A model generated the notes under the pieces. The model was not told the origin of the DNA and made no database searches. It saw nothing but the letters and a program-made list of their open reading frames with translations. 64,000 nt of DNA from Candidatus Methanomethylophilaceae archaeon (GTDB lineage: Bacteria; Cyanobacteriota; Vampirovibrionia; Gastranaerophilales; Gastranaerophilaceae): assembly GCA_963590665.1 (NCBI GenBank), contig CAVAPR010000004.1:10492-74491 (forward strand), given 5' to 3'. Both the position numbers and the translations under genes were made by a program. Below are positions 46,702 through 56,398 of this stretch, piece by piece. Each line of letters opens with the position of its first letter. Position 1 is the first letter of the stretch.

Positions 46702-47724
46702 ATGGCTTGCAAAATGCTCATTTTTGACTTGAGAGAAGCAGAAAAGAATTTTTTTAACGAAAATAAATTTGAAAATTTTGAGATTAAATTTTTCACAGAT
46801 AGTTTAAATGAAAAAACAGTTGAAAATATCCCCGAAGAAGATTTAGAAAATGCAATGATTATCAGCGTATTTACAACATCAGAAATCACAGAAAAAGTTA
46901 TAGAAAAATTTAAAAATCTACGAATTGTTTCTACACGCTCAACAGGTTGTGAGCATATTGATTTCAAACCTTGTATTAGTAAAAATATTGCGGTAATTAA
47001 TGTTGAAAAATACGGAAATAATTCAGTTGCGCAATTCACTTTTACACTAATTTTGGCACTCGTTAGACAACTATTCCCTGCAATTTTAGCCGTCAAAAAT
47101 TCAACTTGCCTAAAAAATAATTTTACTGGTAGAAATTTATCAAACTTAACTCTAGGAATTGTCGGAACTGGTGCAATTGGAGCAAGTGTATGTAAAATCG
47201 CACACACTTTTGATATGAATATTTTAGCCTGTGACATAAACCCAAAAGAAGAATTAAAAGAAAAATACTGCGTAAAATATGTAGAAAGGGATGAACTTTT
47301 AAGAAATTCAGATATTGTATCCCTTCACCTTCCATACAACAAAGATACTTATCACATAATATCTGGAAATGAATTAAAAAAAATGAAAAATAATTCATAC
47401 TTTATCAATGTTTCAAGAGGAGAACTCGTTGACCTTGATGCACTTCTTAAATATGTAAAAAATGGCAAGCTTCAAGGAGTCGGACTAGATGTCGTTGCGT
47501 GCGTAGATTCTAATTGTCTTGAAGATGTCAAAAAAATTGAACGCACATCCCTACAATGTTTGGAAGAATCAAAAGTTGTTATGGAATTAAATTCATATTC
47601 AAATGTTTTAATTACTCCGCACATGTCTTTCGAAACTCAAGAATCCGTTGACTTTATTCTAGAAAAAACTTTTGATGGGTTGAAAGATTTCGTAAGCGGA
47701 GGTCATAAATATAGAATAATCTAG
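46702..47724 (+). CDS. D-isomer-specific 2-hydroxyacid dehydrogenase family protein
   Basis: NAD-binding GIVGTGAIGASV. Catalytic region ...NVSRGELVD... and ...TPHMSF.... Confidence 0.8.
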   Translation: MACKMLIFDLREAEKNFFNENKFENFEIKFFTDSLNEKTVENIPEEDLENAMIISVFTTSEITEKVIEKFKNLRIVSTRSTGCEHIDFKPCISKNIAVINVEKYGNNSVAQFTFTLILALVRQLFPAILAVKNSTCLKNNFTGRNLSNLTLGIVGTGAIGASVCKIAHTFDMNILACDINPKEELKEKYCVKYVERDELLRNSDIVSLHLPYNKDTYHIISGNELKKMKNNSYFINVSRGELVDLDALLKYVKNGKLQGVGLDVVACVDSNCLEDVKKIERTSLQCLEESKVVMELNSYSNVLITPHMSFETQESVDFILEKTFDGLKDFVSGGHKYRII

Positions 47725-48407
47725 CGACGTTTTTCCATAATTTGCATTGAAATTACACCAAACAAATAATCACATCTGGCAACATATTTAAACCCAGCAT
47801 CTTCAAACTCCCTAATCAAATTATCGGGTTCTGGAAATTCATTTTTTGAATTTATTAGATATTTGTAATGATTTTCATTTGCCCCAGTAATTTTTGCAAA
47901 CAATGGAACAATAAAATCAAAAATTCGACTTATAAAATTGTGTTTACCAAAATCTAATTGCAAAAATTGCCCGCCATTATCCAAAACTCGATAAATTTCA
48001 GCAAGAGTTTTCTTTCTGTCTTGAATATTGCGTAAACCAAAACCCATTGTTACATAATCAAATTCTGCATCTTCAAACGGCAAATTTGTACAATCACCTT
48101 TCATAAAAACACCGATAGGATTTTTAGCTTTTGCAAGTTTCAACATTTCTTCTGAAATATCTAAACCTATAACCCTAACTCTTGGATAAAACTTTGAAAT
48201 AATTTGGGTAAAATCACCTGTTCCACAACACAAATCCAAAATCATTGAACGAGGTTTTAAGTTTAATTTCCTTATTGCCAAAAATTTTATAATATAATGA
48301 CAACCCAAAGATATTATATTGTTCATCTTGTCATAATATTTTGAAATTTCATCGAACATTTTTTGAATACGTTCTACATTTTTATCACAAGTCATTATTT
48401 TCTCCAT
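47721..48407 (-). CDS. ubiE: demethylmenaquinone/ubiquinone C-methyltransferase (UbiE/MenG family)
   Basis: QKMFDEISKYYDKMNNIISLG and SAM motif ILDLCCGTGD. Confidence 0.85.
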   Translation of the reverse strand: MEKIMTCDKNVERIQKMFDEISKYYDKMNNIISLGCHYIIKFLAIRKLNLKPRSMILDLCCGTGDFTQIISKFYPRVRVIGLDISEEMLKLAKAKNPIGVFMKGDCTNLPFEDAEFDYVTMGFGLRNIQDRKKTLAEIYRVLDNGGQFLQLDFGKHNFISRIFDFIVPLFAKITGANENHYKYLINSKNEFPEPDNLIREFEDAGFKYVARCDYLFGVISMQIMEKRR

Positions 48408-48441
48408 TTACACATCATATATTTTAGCATACAATTAAAAT

Positions 48442-49785
48442 ATGAAACTTGCATTTGTACCAATTGACAATAGACCAGTTTGCTACACACTTCCAAAGTT
48501 GTTAGCAGAAATTGATGAGAGCATAGAATTTTATATTCCAGATAGAAAATATCTTGGCGGATTAAAAAAAGAAGCAGAAATTGACCACCTTTTTGAATGG
48601 TTAATTTCTTTACCTAAACTAGATGCTATAATTTTATCACTTGATACACTTGCATACGGAGGGCTAATTCCATCAAGAAGATGCCCAGAAACTTTTGAAC
48701 AAATAAAAGAAAGAATTGACACACTCAAAGAAATTTTGGAAGGTAAAGAAGCAAAAATTTACGCATTTTCTAGTATTATGCGAATTTCGAATAATAATTA
48801 CAACGAAGAAGAAAAAGAATACTGGTCAAAATGGGGCAAAAAGATTTTTGCATATTCATATCACACCCACGAAGGTAATCGTGAAAGCTGTATAACAAAT
48901 TTAATTCCTTCTGAAATTTTGGATGATTATATTGAAACTCGTAGAAGAAATTTTGAAATAAACAAAGTTTACCTCAAATGGCAAAAAGAAGGACTATTTG
49001 ACACCCTAATTTTTTCAAAAGACGATTGTGCCGAATATGGATTTAATGTTCAAGAAGCACAAGTACTAGAAAAAATGGGCGCTTACACAAAAACAGGCGC
49101 AGATGAAATTCCATTGAGTTTACTTTCTCGTGCAATTCAAGGGGAAATCAAAATTTGTCCAAAATTTTTAGAACCAGAATATAAAGATTTAATCTCAAAC
49201 TACGAAGATGTTTCAATTGAAAAAAGTGTTCTTGGACAAATTGAACTTGCTGGCTGTAAAGCAACAGATGAAGAAAATGCAGACATAATTTTATACATCA
49301 ATAATTTCAAAAACAATCAAGGTGAAATTGTTATGAAAGTGGGAACAGAAAGTTTTTCAAAAACTTTCCAAACACCAGACCGCCCATATATGATTGCAGA
49401 TGTAAGATTTGCCAATGGAGCAGATAACAATTTTGTAAAAGAATTATTTAAAAATAAAATTGATTATAAAAATTTCTATGGGTATTCAGCTTGGAACACT
49501 TCTGCAAACTCACTCGGCAGTTTGATTTGTGGAGCAAAAATGAAATTCTTTGCAAAAAAATATAATGAAAAAGCATTCAAAAAACTACAAATAACAAGAT
49601 TTTTAGATGATTGGGCATACCAAGCAAATACTCGTCAAAAACTAGAAAAACCAGATATTGAAAAAACAACAGAACTTATGAAAGATTTTGAAAAAACTTT
49701 AGAACAAGTTTTGAATACCGAAATCTCTGTAAATTATAAATTCCCTTGGGAAAGATTGTTTGAGGTAGAAGTTGACTTTAATTGA
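48442..49785 (+). CDS. DUF4127-family protein
   Basis: N-terminus MKLAFVPIDNRPVCY and the size resemble DUF4127 as I recall it. No experimental function is known. Confidence 0.55.
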   Translation: MKLAFVPIDNRPVCYTLPKLLAEIDESIEFYIPDRKYLGGLKKEAEIDHLFEWLISLPKLDAIILSLDTLAYGGLIPSRRCPETFEQIKERIDTLKEILEGKEAKIYAFSSIMRISNNNYNEEEKEYWSKWGKKIFAYSYHTHEGNRESCITNLIPSEILDDYIETRRRNFEINKVYLKWQKEGLFDTLIFSKDDCAEYGFNVQEAQVLEKMGAYTKTGADEIPLSLLSRAIQGEIKICPKFLEPEYKDLISNYEDVSIEKSVLGQIELAGCKATDEENADIILYINNFKNNQGEIVMKVGTESFSKTFQTPDRPYMIADVRFANGADNNFVKELFKNKIDYKNFYGYSAWNTSANSLGSLICGAKMKFFAKKYNEKAFKKLQITRFLDDWAYQANTRQKLEKPDIEKTTELMKDFEKTLEQVLNTEISVNYKFPWERLFEVEVDFN

Positions 49786-50311
49786 TATAATCTTGCTTGC
49801 AATTGCCTTAGGAATTGATTGTTTTATCGTTTCTTTTTCACAAGGTTTAATTTTCAAAAACAATAGACTAAAAAATTCTCTTAATTTAGCACTAACAATG
49901 GGATTTTTTCAAGGATTCATGCCCGCAATCGGTTATGTTGGAACAAATTCTCTTTACAAATTAATTGTCCCATTCAGCAAATGGATTGTTTTTGGAATCT
50001 TTTTAATTTTAGGGTTAAAATTTATTGTTGATTCTTTTGCGCCAAAAGAAGAAGAGGTTCAATGTATCGGCTGGAAATGTTTGTGCGGATTAGGAATTGC
50101 AACAAGCATTGATGCACTTGTTTCTGGTGCAACAATAAGACTAACTGGAACAAGTTTAATTCTTTCAGTCAGTTTGATTGGTTTAGCATCATTTTTGATG
50201 TCAATTTGTGGTTTTTGGAGCGGGAATTTTATCAAAAATATTCCATCAAAATACTTGGAAATTACAGGCGGTGTAATTCTAATTTTACTTGCGAGCAAAT
50301 CCTTATTCTAG
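49772..50311 (+). CDS. mntP: manganese efflux pump MntP
   Basis: Six TM helices with duplicated motifs LGIDCFIVSFSQG and ATSIDALVSGA. TTG start overlaps the upstream gene. Confidence 0.8.
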   Translation: MTLIDIILLAIALGIDCFIVSFSQGLIFKNNRLKNSLNLALTMGFFQGFMPAIGYVGTNSLYKLIVPFSKWIVFGIFLILGLKFIVDSFAPKEEEVQCIGWKCLCGLGIATSIDALVSGATIRLTGTSLILSVSLIGLASFLMSICGFWSGNFIKNIPSKYLEITGGVILILLASKSLF

Positions 50312-50313
50312 AA

Positions 50314-51021
50314 TTAATAATTCATTCTCCAGCCAGCTTGCATAATTTTATTCAAACAACCAGCAGACCATTCGTGCCAAGCAGTACTAATATTCTTTCC
50401 ACAATTTTCGGGAGGAACACCACCACGACCATAATCTGCAACTGTGCCATCTGTCATTAAGTCAACAGTAAAGAAATCACGACCCGCCATATTTGGTTCA
50501 GCTGGACCATTTGTATCAATAACATACGATGGAATACCATTAGCTTGATTATAACCACCACAAATAGTAGCCCCATTTGTTGTTTGGATACAATAACCAA
50601 AACTTGTTACAACACCAGCCTCACCAGTAGTATCAGAAGCATTAATTTTTGTTTTATGAGCGCCATCCATAGTTTGATAATAATCACCCAAACAAACATT
50701 GTTAGGAGAATATGCTTTTGTTCCACAACCTTTTTTAGTTGTTTTAAAATATTTTGGAAGGAAATAACAAGCGCCTTGAGCCTTATCAGTTCCACAATAT
50801 GCATCATTGGTAGCTAAACGAGTTTTGTACAAACTATCAGCCATTTCATCTGCCATAATAGCTTTTGTCGCATCAGATAGTTGAGAATAAGTTTTCTCAA
50901 TAGATGCAGCCATAACTTTATTTTTATAATCTTTCATAATTGCAGGTATAGTTAATGCTGAAATCAATCCAACAATACCCATAGTTACCAAAACTTCTGA
51001 TAGTGTAAAACCTTTTTTCAT
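50314..51021 (-). CDS. prepilin-type N-terminal cleavage/methylation domain protein (type IV pilin-like)
   Basis: Start at ATG 51021: MKKG|FTLSEVLVTMGIVGLISALTIPAI. IDTNGPAEPNMAGRDFFTVDL. C-terminal AGWRMNY. Closest paralog of 24006..24707. Confidence 0.88.
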   Translation of the reverse strand: MKKGFTLSEVLVTMGIVGLISALTIPAIMKDYKNKVMAASIEKTYSQLSDATKAIMADEMADSLYKTRLATNDAYCGTDKAQGACYFLPKYFKTTKKGCGTKAYSPNNVCLGDYYQTMDGAHKTKINASDTTGEAGVVTSFGYCIQTTNGATICGGYNQANGIPSYVIDTNGPAEPNMAGRDFFTVDLMTDGTVADYGRGGVPPENCGKNISTAWHEWSAGCLNKIMQAGWRMNY

Positions 51022-51089
51022 ATTCCAATCGCCCCGTGAATAAACCATATAAACAATTATACTATTTTTTTTGAATATTTTCAAGTGGG

Positions 51090-51700
51090 AAGTTTTTGTT
51101 AAGGTTGATAGGTCTATAAGTTAGTTACAAGGGGATAGGGAAATAAGTTCGTTACATTGCATTTTTACCCTCTCCTTGGGGAGAAGAAACTTAATATTCC
51201 CCTTCTCCTTGAGGACACTAGCTGAACCAACAACTTTTCCCTCTCCGAGGGAGAGGGACTAAGGGAGAGGGGTTGATTAAGAAAATAAAGACGTCATTCT
51301 GAGGGATTTACATTAGAATAGCAAGATAACATTGCAAATTTACCCGAAGAATCTCAATCCTATGCGTTTAGATAAACCTTCTCTCTCAAAGAAGAAAACA
51401 GACTAAGACCATACAATTGATACTCCAAGAATAATGTCCTCCCCAGATTGTGGGAGGACCGAAATCTTTGATTTCGAGGAGGGGTTTGAAATTAAATATC
51501 CCCCTCCCCTGAATTTCTAATACTCACATAGTTCGTATTGAAATTCTTCCCCTCCCTCAGAGTGGAGGGGAAACAGCTGTATCTTCATCCTGGGTAGTAT
51601 TTATATCCTATGTGTTTAGTTTAACCCCTCTCCCTGTCCTAACCCTCGGAGAGGATAACCAACTTATAGACTTATCCACTCATTGACTTATAAACCTAAA
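51090..51700. repeat. mosaic palindromic repeat block 7 (no gene inside)
   Basis: Bounded by inverted 8-mer edges (GGTCTATAAGTTAGTTAC... and ...AACTTATAGACTTATCCACTCATTGACTTATAA). The interior is largely the reverse complement of block 5 and includes K core copy 3. Confidence 0.9.
51406..51583 (+). repeat. K element copy 3 (core 51436-51583)
   Basis: Core identical to copy 2. Flanks match the reverse complement of 40320-40660. Confidence 0.9.
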
Positions 51701-51753
51701 AAAATAACCGACGTAAAAACATCGGTTATTTTCATCAATTCAAAAAACTTTTA

Positions 51754-52413
51754 TTAGTCGTTGATAACTTTCAAAAGTCTTTCCCATACTTCATCAATTG
51801 AACCTTCTGCATTGATTGTTTTCAACAAGTTTTTATTTTTGTAATAATCAAACAATGGTGCAGTTTCTTTGAAATATGTATCAAAACGAGCTTTTGCTGT
51901 TTCTTCGTTGTCGTCTTTTCTTTGAGTCAATTCAGCGCCACATTTGTCACAAATACCTTCAACTTTTGTAGGTTTGAATTTCAAGTTGTAGATTTCTCCA
52001 CATTTTGGACAAGAACGACGGTTCACAATTCTTGAAATCAAAATTTCAGTATCTAAATCAAAATAAATTGCTCTAAAATCAGCTTCAATATCGCCATCGA
52101 TTTCTTTGTTAATTTCTTCTAACAAGTCAGCTTGTTCAACACTTCTTGGGTAACCATCCAAGATATAACCGTTTTTGCAATCTTCTTGAGATAGTCTATC
52201 TTTGATGATAGAAGCAACTAAAGAAACTGGAACTAATTCACCTTTGTCGATGAAAGATTTAGCGATTTTACCATTTTCAGTTCCGTTTTTGATTTCAGCT
52301 CTTAATAATGAACCAGTATCAACATGTGGAAAACCTAAAGATTCAGCAAGTCTTGAAGTTTGAGTACCTTTACCACAAGCTGGAGGTCCTAAAAAAATAA
52401 GTTCTTTTTTCAT
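51754..52413 (-). CDS. adk: adenylate kinase
   Basis: Start at ATG 52413: MKKELIFLGPPACGKGTQ P-loop, and a zinc-lid CPKCG...CDKCG. Confidence 0.97.
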   Translation of the reverse strand: MKKELIFLGPPACGKGTQTSRLAESLGFPHVDTGSLLRAEIKNGTENGKIAKSFIDKGELVPVSLVASIIKDRLSQEDCKNGYILDGYPRSVEQADLLEEINKEIDGDIEADFRAIYFDLDTEILISRIVNRRSCPKCGEIYNLKFKPTKVEGICDKCGAELTQRKDDNEETAKARFDTYFKETAPLFDYYKNKNLLKTINAEGSIDEVWERLLKVIND

Positions 52414-52504
52414 AATCATTTCACTCTTTCTATTTTTTATACCAAATATTTTAATCTCGTTAAAACCAACAGAACAATTGTACATCAAGGATTTTTATTA
52501 TTCA

Positions 52505-53165
52505 AGAAGGTTTTAATAAAGTGGATAAGTCAATAAGTCTATAAGTGGATAGGGTGGTTAAAAGGGATAAGGAAGAAGGGAATAGGGGAATAAGTTCTTT
52601 ACATTGCAATTTACCCTCTCCTTGAGGAGAGGGCTAGGGTGAGGTGGTAAACAAAACGCATTGGTCACCCCGAACTCGTTTCAGCATCTCAATCCTATGT
52701 GTTCAGTTTAACCCCTCACCTCAATCCTCTCCCCAAGGAGAGGAAGATATTTTATTGAGATACTTCGCTTCGCTCAGTATGACTAACACCGAACAGTCAT
52801 TCCGAATTTAGTTCGGAATCTCTATCCAAACGCACTAGTTAGAGATGCTGAAACAAGTTCAGCATGACATATTTGAATAAGGGGGGTTCGGGGGCTATGC
52901 CCCTGATGACTCGAGCCATTTAATCATTCGTGTTTTTCTTTTTCGGTTCTGCTTTTTCTTTTTTCATCGAAATAAAAAAGAAAAAGTGAACAATTATTTT
53001 ATATCGGATTTAATAAACCGACAAACATTTCTTTATTAAATCAACCCCTCTCCCTTACCCTCTTCCCTTGGAGAGGGTATAAAATTGACGGTTCTGAACT
53101 TATTTCCCTATTCCCCTGTTCCTTCTCCCTTTTAACCAACTTATTGACCTATAGACTTTTAGTGA
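52505..53165. repeat. mosaic palindromic repeat block 8 (no gene inside)
   Basis: Inverted edges at 52520-52600 and 53095-53160. Interior holds the same modules as block 1, including F module copy 4. Confidence 0.9.
52880..52991 (+). repeat. F module copy 4
   Basis: Near-identical to 5427-5536. Confidence 0.9.
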
Positions 53166-53245
53166 ATATTCCCTTTAAATATTCCTTTTTTGTAGTAAAA
53201 TGTTCCATGTAATACGGTATGTACAAAAGGAAAGGACTTAAATAC

Positions 53246-54928
53246 ATGACAAAACTTTCACCATTACAAATTGAAAGACTTAAGTATCAACCAAAACTTC
53301 CTCAAAGCCTACAAAACGGTGTTAATGGACTAAGAATGGTTGAAGGATCTGCTACTCAATCTGTTAGAGATCAAGAGCAAATCAATGCTTTATTCCCAAA
53401 TACTTACGGAAAACCAACTGTAACTTTTGAAGCTTCAACTGTTTCAAAAGAATCTGAAATCAGAAACGTTGGTGTTATCCTTTCAGGTGGTCAAGCTCCT
53501 GGTGGACACAACGTTATCGCTGGTTTATATGACGCTTTAAAAAATGCTAATTCAGCTAACAAATTATACGGTTTCTTAGGTGGACCTTCTGGTATCATCG
53601 ATGGAAAATATGTAGAATTTGATGATGAATTTATCAATGCTTACAGAAACACTGGTGGTTTTGATATTATCGGTTCTGGTAGAACTAAATTAGAAACAGA
53701 AGAACAATTTGAAAAATCATTAGCTGTATGTAAAAAATTAAACATCTCTGCTGTAGTAATTATCGGTGGTGATGATTCTAATACAAACGCTGCAATGCTT
53801 GCTGAATGGTTTGTAAAACACAATGCTGGTATCCAAGTTATCGGTTGTCCTAAAACAATTGATGGTGACTTGAAAAACGAACAAATCGAAATTTCTTTCG
53901 GTTTCGATACTGCAACAAAAACTTATGCTGAACTTATCGGAAACATTGAAAGAGATGCTAATTCCGCTAAGAAATATTGGCACTTTGTAAAAATCATGGG
54001 TAGAAGTGCTTCTCACGTAGCATTAGAAGCTGCATTACAAACTCAACCAAACATCACATTAATTTCTGAAGAAGTTCAAGAAAAGAAAATGTCATTGTCT
54101 TCAATCATTGATTACATGACAGACATTATTGTTAAACGTGCTGATGCTGGTAAAAACTTCGGTATTGCAGTAATCCCTGAAGGTTTGATTGAATTTATTC
54201 CAGAAATGGGTTCAATGATTTCTAACTTAAACGATATTATGGCAACTCTTGAAAATGACCCAGATTTCGTTAACGCTACAACAATCAGAGATAAATTCGA
54301 CATCGTTGAAAATAGATTAGAAGATGAAAACGCTAAGGTTTATAAATCATTACCTGCTTTGATTAAAGGTCAATTACTAGCTGACCGTGACCCACACGGT
54401 AACGTTCAAGTTTCTAAAATTGAAACAGAAAAATTGTTAATCGAAATGATTTCAACAAGATTGGCTGAATTGAAAGAAGAAGGTTCATTCATTGGTAAAT
54501 TCTCAGCACAATCACACTTCTTCGGATATGAAGGACGTTGCGCATTCCCATCTAACTTTGATGCTGATTATTGTTATTCTTTAGGCTATAACGCATTTGC
54601 ATTGATTAGCTTCGGAATGACTGGTTACTTATCATCAGTTAGAAACTTAACTGAAAGCGCTGACAAATGGATTGCTGGTGGTGTTCCACTTACAATGATG
54701 ATGAACATGGAAAAACGTCATGGTGAAATGAAACCTGTTATTCAAAAAGCTCTAGTTAGACTTGATGGTCCTGTATTCAAACAATTGCAAGACAACAGAG
54801 AAGACTGGGCTATGAACGACAGATACTTGTTCCCAGGAGCTATCCAATACTTCGGACCAAGCTCTGTTTGTGACATCACAACAGTTACACTTCAATTAGA
54901 AAGAAGCAAAGAACTAGCTTCTGTATAA
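53246..54928 (+). CDS. pfp: pyrophosphate--fructose-6-phosphate 1-phosphotransferase (long-form PPi-PFK)
   Basis: GGDDSNTNA and PKTIDGD. The Asp and Lys variants are those associated with PPi rather than ATP specificity. About 560 aa. Start at ATG 53246 after AAAGGAAAGGA. Confidence 0.9.
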   Translation: MTKLSPLQIERLKYQPKLPQSLQNGVNGLRMVEGSATQSVRDQEQINALFPNTYGKPTVTFEASTVSKESEIRNVGVILSGGQAPGGHNVIAGLYDALKNANSANKLYGFLGGPSGIIDGKYVEFDDEFINAYRNTGGFDIIGSGRTKLETEEQFEKSLAVCKKLNISAVVIIGGDDSNTNAAMLAEWFVKHNAGIQVIGCPKTIDGDLKNEQIEISFGFDTATKTYAELIGNIERDANSAKKYWHFVKIMGRSASHVALEAALQTQPNITLISEEVQEKKMSLSSIIDYMTDIIVKRADAGKNFGIAVIPEGLIEFIPEMGSMISNLNDIMATLENDPDFVNATTIRDKFDIVENRLEDENAKVYKSLPALIKGQLLADRDPHGNVQVSKIETEKLLIEMISTRLAELKEEGSFIGKFSAQSHFFGYEGRCAFPSNFDADYCYSLGYNAFALISFGMTGYLSSVRNLTESADKWIAGGVPLTMMMNMEKRHGEMKPVIQKALVRLDGPVFKQLQDNREDWAMNDRYLFPGAIQYFGPSSVCDITTVTLQLERSKELASV

Positions 54929-54954
54929 TTTGAAAAATAATTCAAAAAATGAAG

Positions 54955-54991
54955 ACGGCTTTTTCGATGAAACGAAAAAGCCGTTTTTTTA
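54955..54991 (+). terminator. intrinsic terminator after pfp
   Basis: 12-bp perfect stem ACGGCTTTTTCG/CGAAAAAGCCGT followed by TTTTTTT. Confidence 0.85.
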
Positions 54992-54997
54992 TATATT

Positions 54998-55378
54998 TTA
55001 AAACAAATGATAATATTTCATATAGTTTGCCATAATTTCAGAACTAACTCCATTTGCAACATTGGCTTTTACAACTTGTTCTTTATCTTGATTAGTTTTA
55101 TCATCAATCTTAGAAGACTCTTCATTTTGGGTTTGAGATTGCTCTTGTTGCTGTATTTCTTGAAGTTGTTCTGCAACTTGCTCAACTTGTTTCATCAAAT
55201 CTTCATGAAGTTTTACATCGCCAGAAAATGAGCCCGTAGATTGAATACCAACGGTATCTAAATCCTCAAGGATTTGTTCCCATTGAGAATAGTTTGTGAT
55301 ACTCGTACCTTGTGCTTGTGCAGCAGCTTGCGCTTTCCGCAGTTCTTCAACTGATTTAATCTCTTCTACATTATCCAT
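54998..55378 (-). CDS. acidic Q/E-rich hypothetical protein
   Basis: 126-aa ORF. No family recognised. Confidence 0.5.
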   Translation of the reverse strand: MDNVEEIKSVEELRKAQAAAQAQGTSITNYSQWEQILEDLDTVGIQSTGSFSGDVKLHEDLMKQVEQVAEQLQEIQQQEQSQTQNEESSKIDDKTNQDKEQVVKANVANGVSSEIMANYMKYYHLF

Positions 55379-55505
55379 AATGCGCCTCTTCTTTTTAGCT
55401 TTATATATTAATTAAGTAGAAAAAATTTTCCCAATTTCAAATATAAAATTTTTTGTAACAAATGTTTATATTCGTGAAAGATATTTACAATACTTAGGTA
55501 AAAGT

Positions 55506-55534
55506 TTGACATGAATTTTTGCTTAATTTACTAT
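55506..55534 (+). promoter_or_regulatory. candidate sigma-70 promoter of the 55685-58382 operon
   Basis: TTGACA (55506-55511), 17-nt spacer, TACTAT (55529-55534). Confidence 0.55.
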
Positions 55535-55540
55535 CAAAAT

Positions 55541-55684
55541 AAGAGGAAATGAAGTGAATATCTTCAACTGAAGCCGCAGCCGTAAAAGTCGGAACGCTCG
55601 AAAAAAGAACCAATCCTACGTGCAATTTGGGATTGGGAGATACTTCTTTTTTATAGCGTCCTCTAAAATTTAGAGGATTTTTTA
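55541..55684 (+). promoter_or_regulatory. structured 5' leader with terminator/anti-terminator and RBS sequestration
   Basis: Hairpin TCCTCTA/TAGAGGA (55659-55665 / 55671-55677) followed by TTTTTT, ending 1 nt before ATG 55685. The only SD (AGAGGA, 55672-77) is the 3' half of that stem. An upstream AAGAGGA (55541-47) can pair with the 5' half instead. An internal perfect 7-bp hairpin CCAATCC/GGATTGG lies at 55610-55635. Confidence 0.5.
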
Positions 55685-56398
55685 ATGTCATTAGGTGCAA
55701 CCGCAGTACATACTCATACAGCCAAAACTGGTTCATGCCCGCATGGCTTGCCACAAGGAGCATGCCCAATTTGTAATGGGTTAGCTGGCGGAAACTCCAC
55801 AACAAAAAGAGATATACCAAGAAATGTTGGAGAAATGACATACAACCAATGCGCAGCAATTGGTGCAATGCTCAGAGCGCAAAAACATGCCAGACAACAA
55901 GCTCAATTAGCTCAACAAAATCATTTGCAGGCAATAGCCGAGTTTCAAAAATCGATTGCTACAGCTTACCAAAGAATTATGGATTTAGCTTCTAGTATTT
56001 CTAAAAGTACACCAGCCATAATCGCAAAACCATTAAATTTTGTTTTAACAAATATCATTGGGCGAACTTTAAATATTATTCAAAATATTCCAAATGTTAT
56101 TTCTAATATAACAAGCGCAATTATTCAAAAATTTGCAGACATATCAGATAAATTAACAGCAGTATATGGAGAATTAAAAGCGGCAATCAAAGAAAAAATC
56201 TCTAAATTTACAAATAACTTTAAAAAGAAATTAAAATCTCTCTTCTTTGTTTTCGGAACAGAAGAAACTGATGACGAGGACAAAAAAATTGAAGAAGCTA
56301 AAAGAGCATTTGAATTAAAAACATTTATTCACAAGCTTTTTGGCAAAACTAAAAACCTAAACGAAAAGGAAACAAAAAAGGATGATACCTCCGATTAA
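55685..56398 (+). CDS. hypothetical protein with N-terminal CPHG...CPIC zinc-ribbon-like motif and amphipathic/coiled-coil body
   Basis: 237-aa ORF containing GSCPHGLPQGACPICNG and a K/E/D-rich C-terminus. Confidence 0.6.
   Translation: MSLGATAVHTHTAKTGSCPHGLPQGACPICNGLAGGNSTTKRDIPRNVGEMTYNQCAAIGAMLRAQKHARQQAQLAQQNHLQAIAEFQKSIATAYQRIMDLASSISKSTPAIIAKPLNFVLTNIIGRTLNIIQNIPNVISNITSAIIQKFADISDKLTAVYGELKAAIKEKISKFTNNFKKKLKSLFFVFGTEETDDEDKKIEEAKRAFELKTFIHKLFGKTKNLNEKETKKDDTSD

Noticed and set aside
46680-47237. 185-aa minus-strand ORF
   Set aside because: It is antisense to the 2-hydroxyacid dehydrogenase gene (46702..47724), which has clear NAD-binding and catalytic motifs. Its composition is typical of a shadow ORF in AT-rich DNA.
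55494-55868. 124-aa minus-strand ORF
   Set aside because: It overlaps the promoter, leader and 5' end of the better-supported plus-strand gene 55685..56398, has no RBS, and shows shadow-frame composition.
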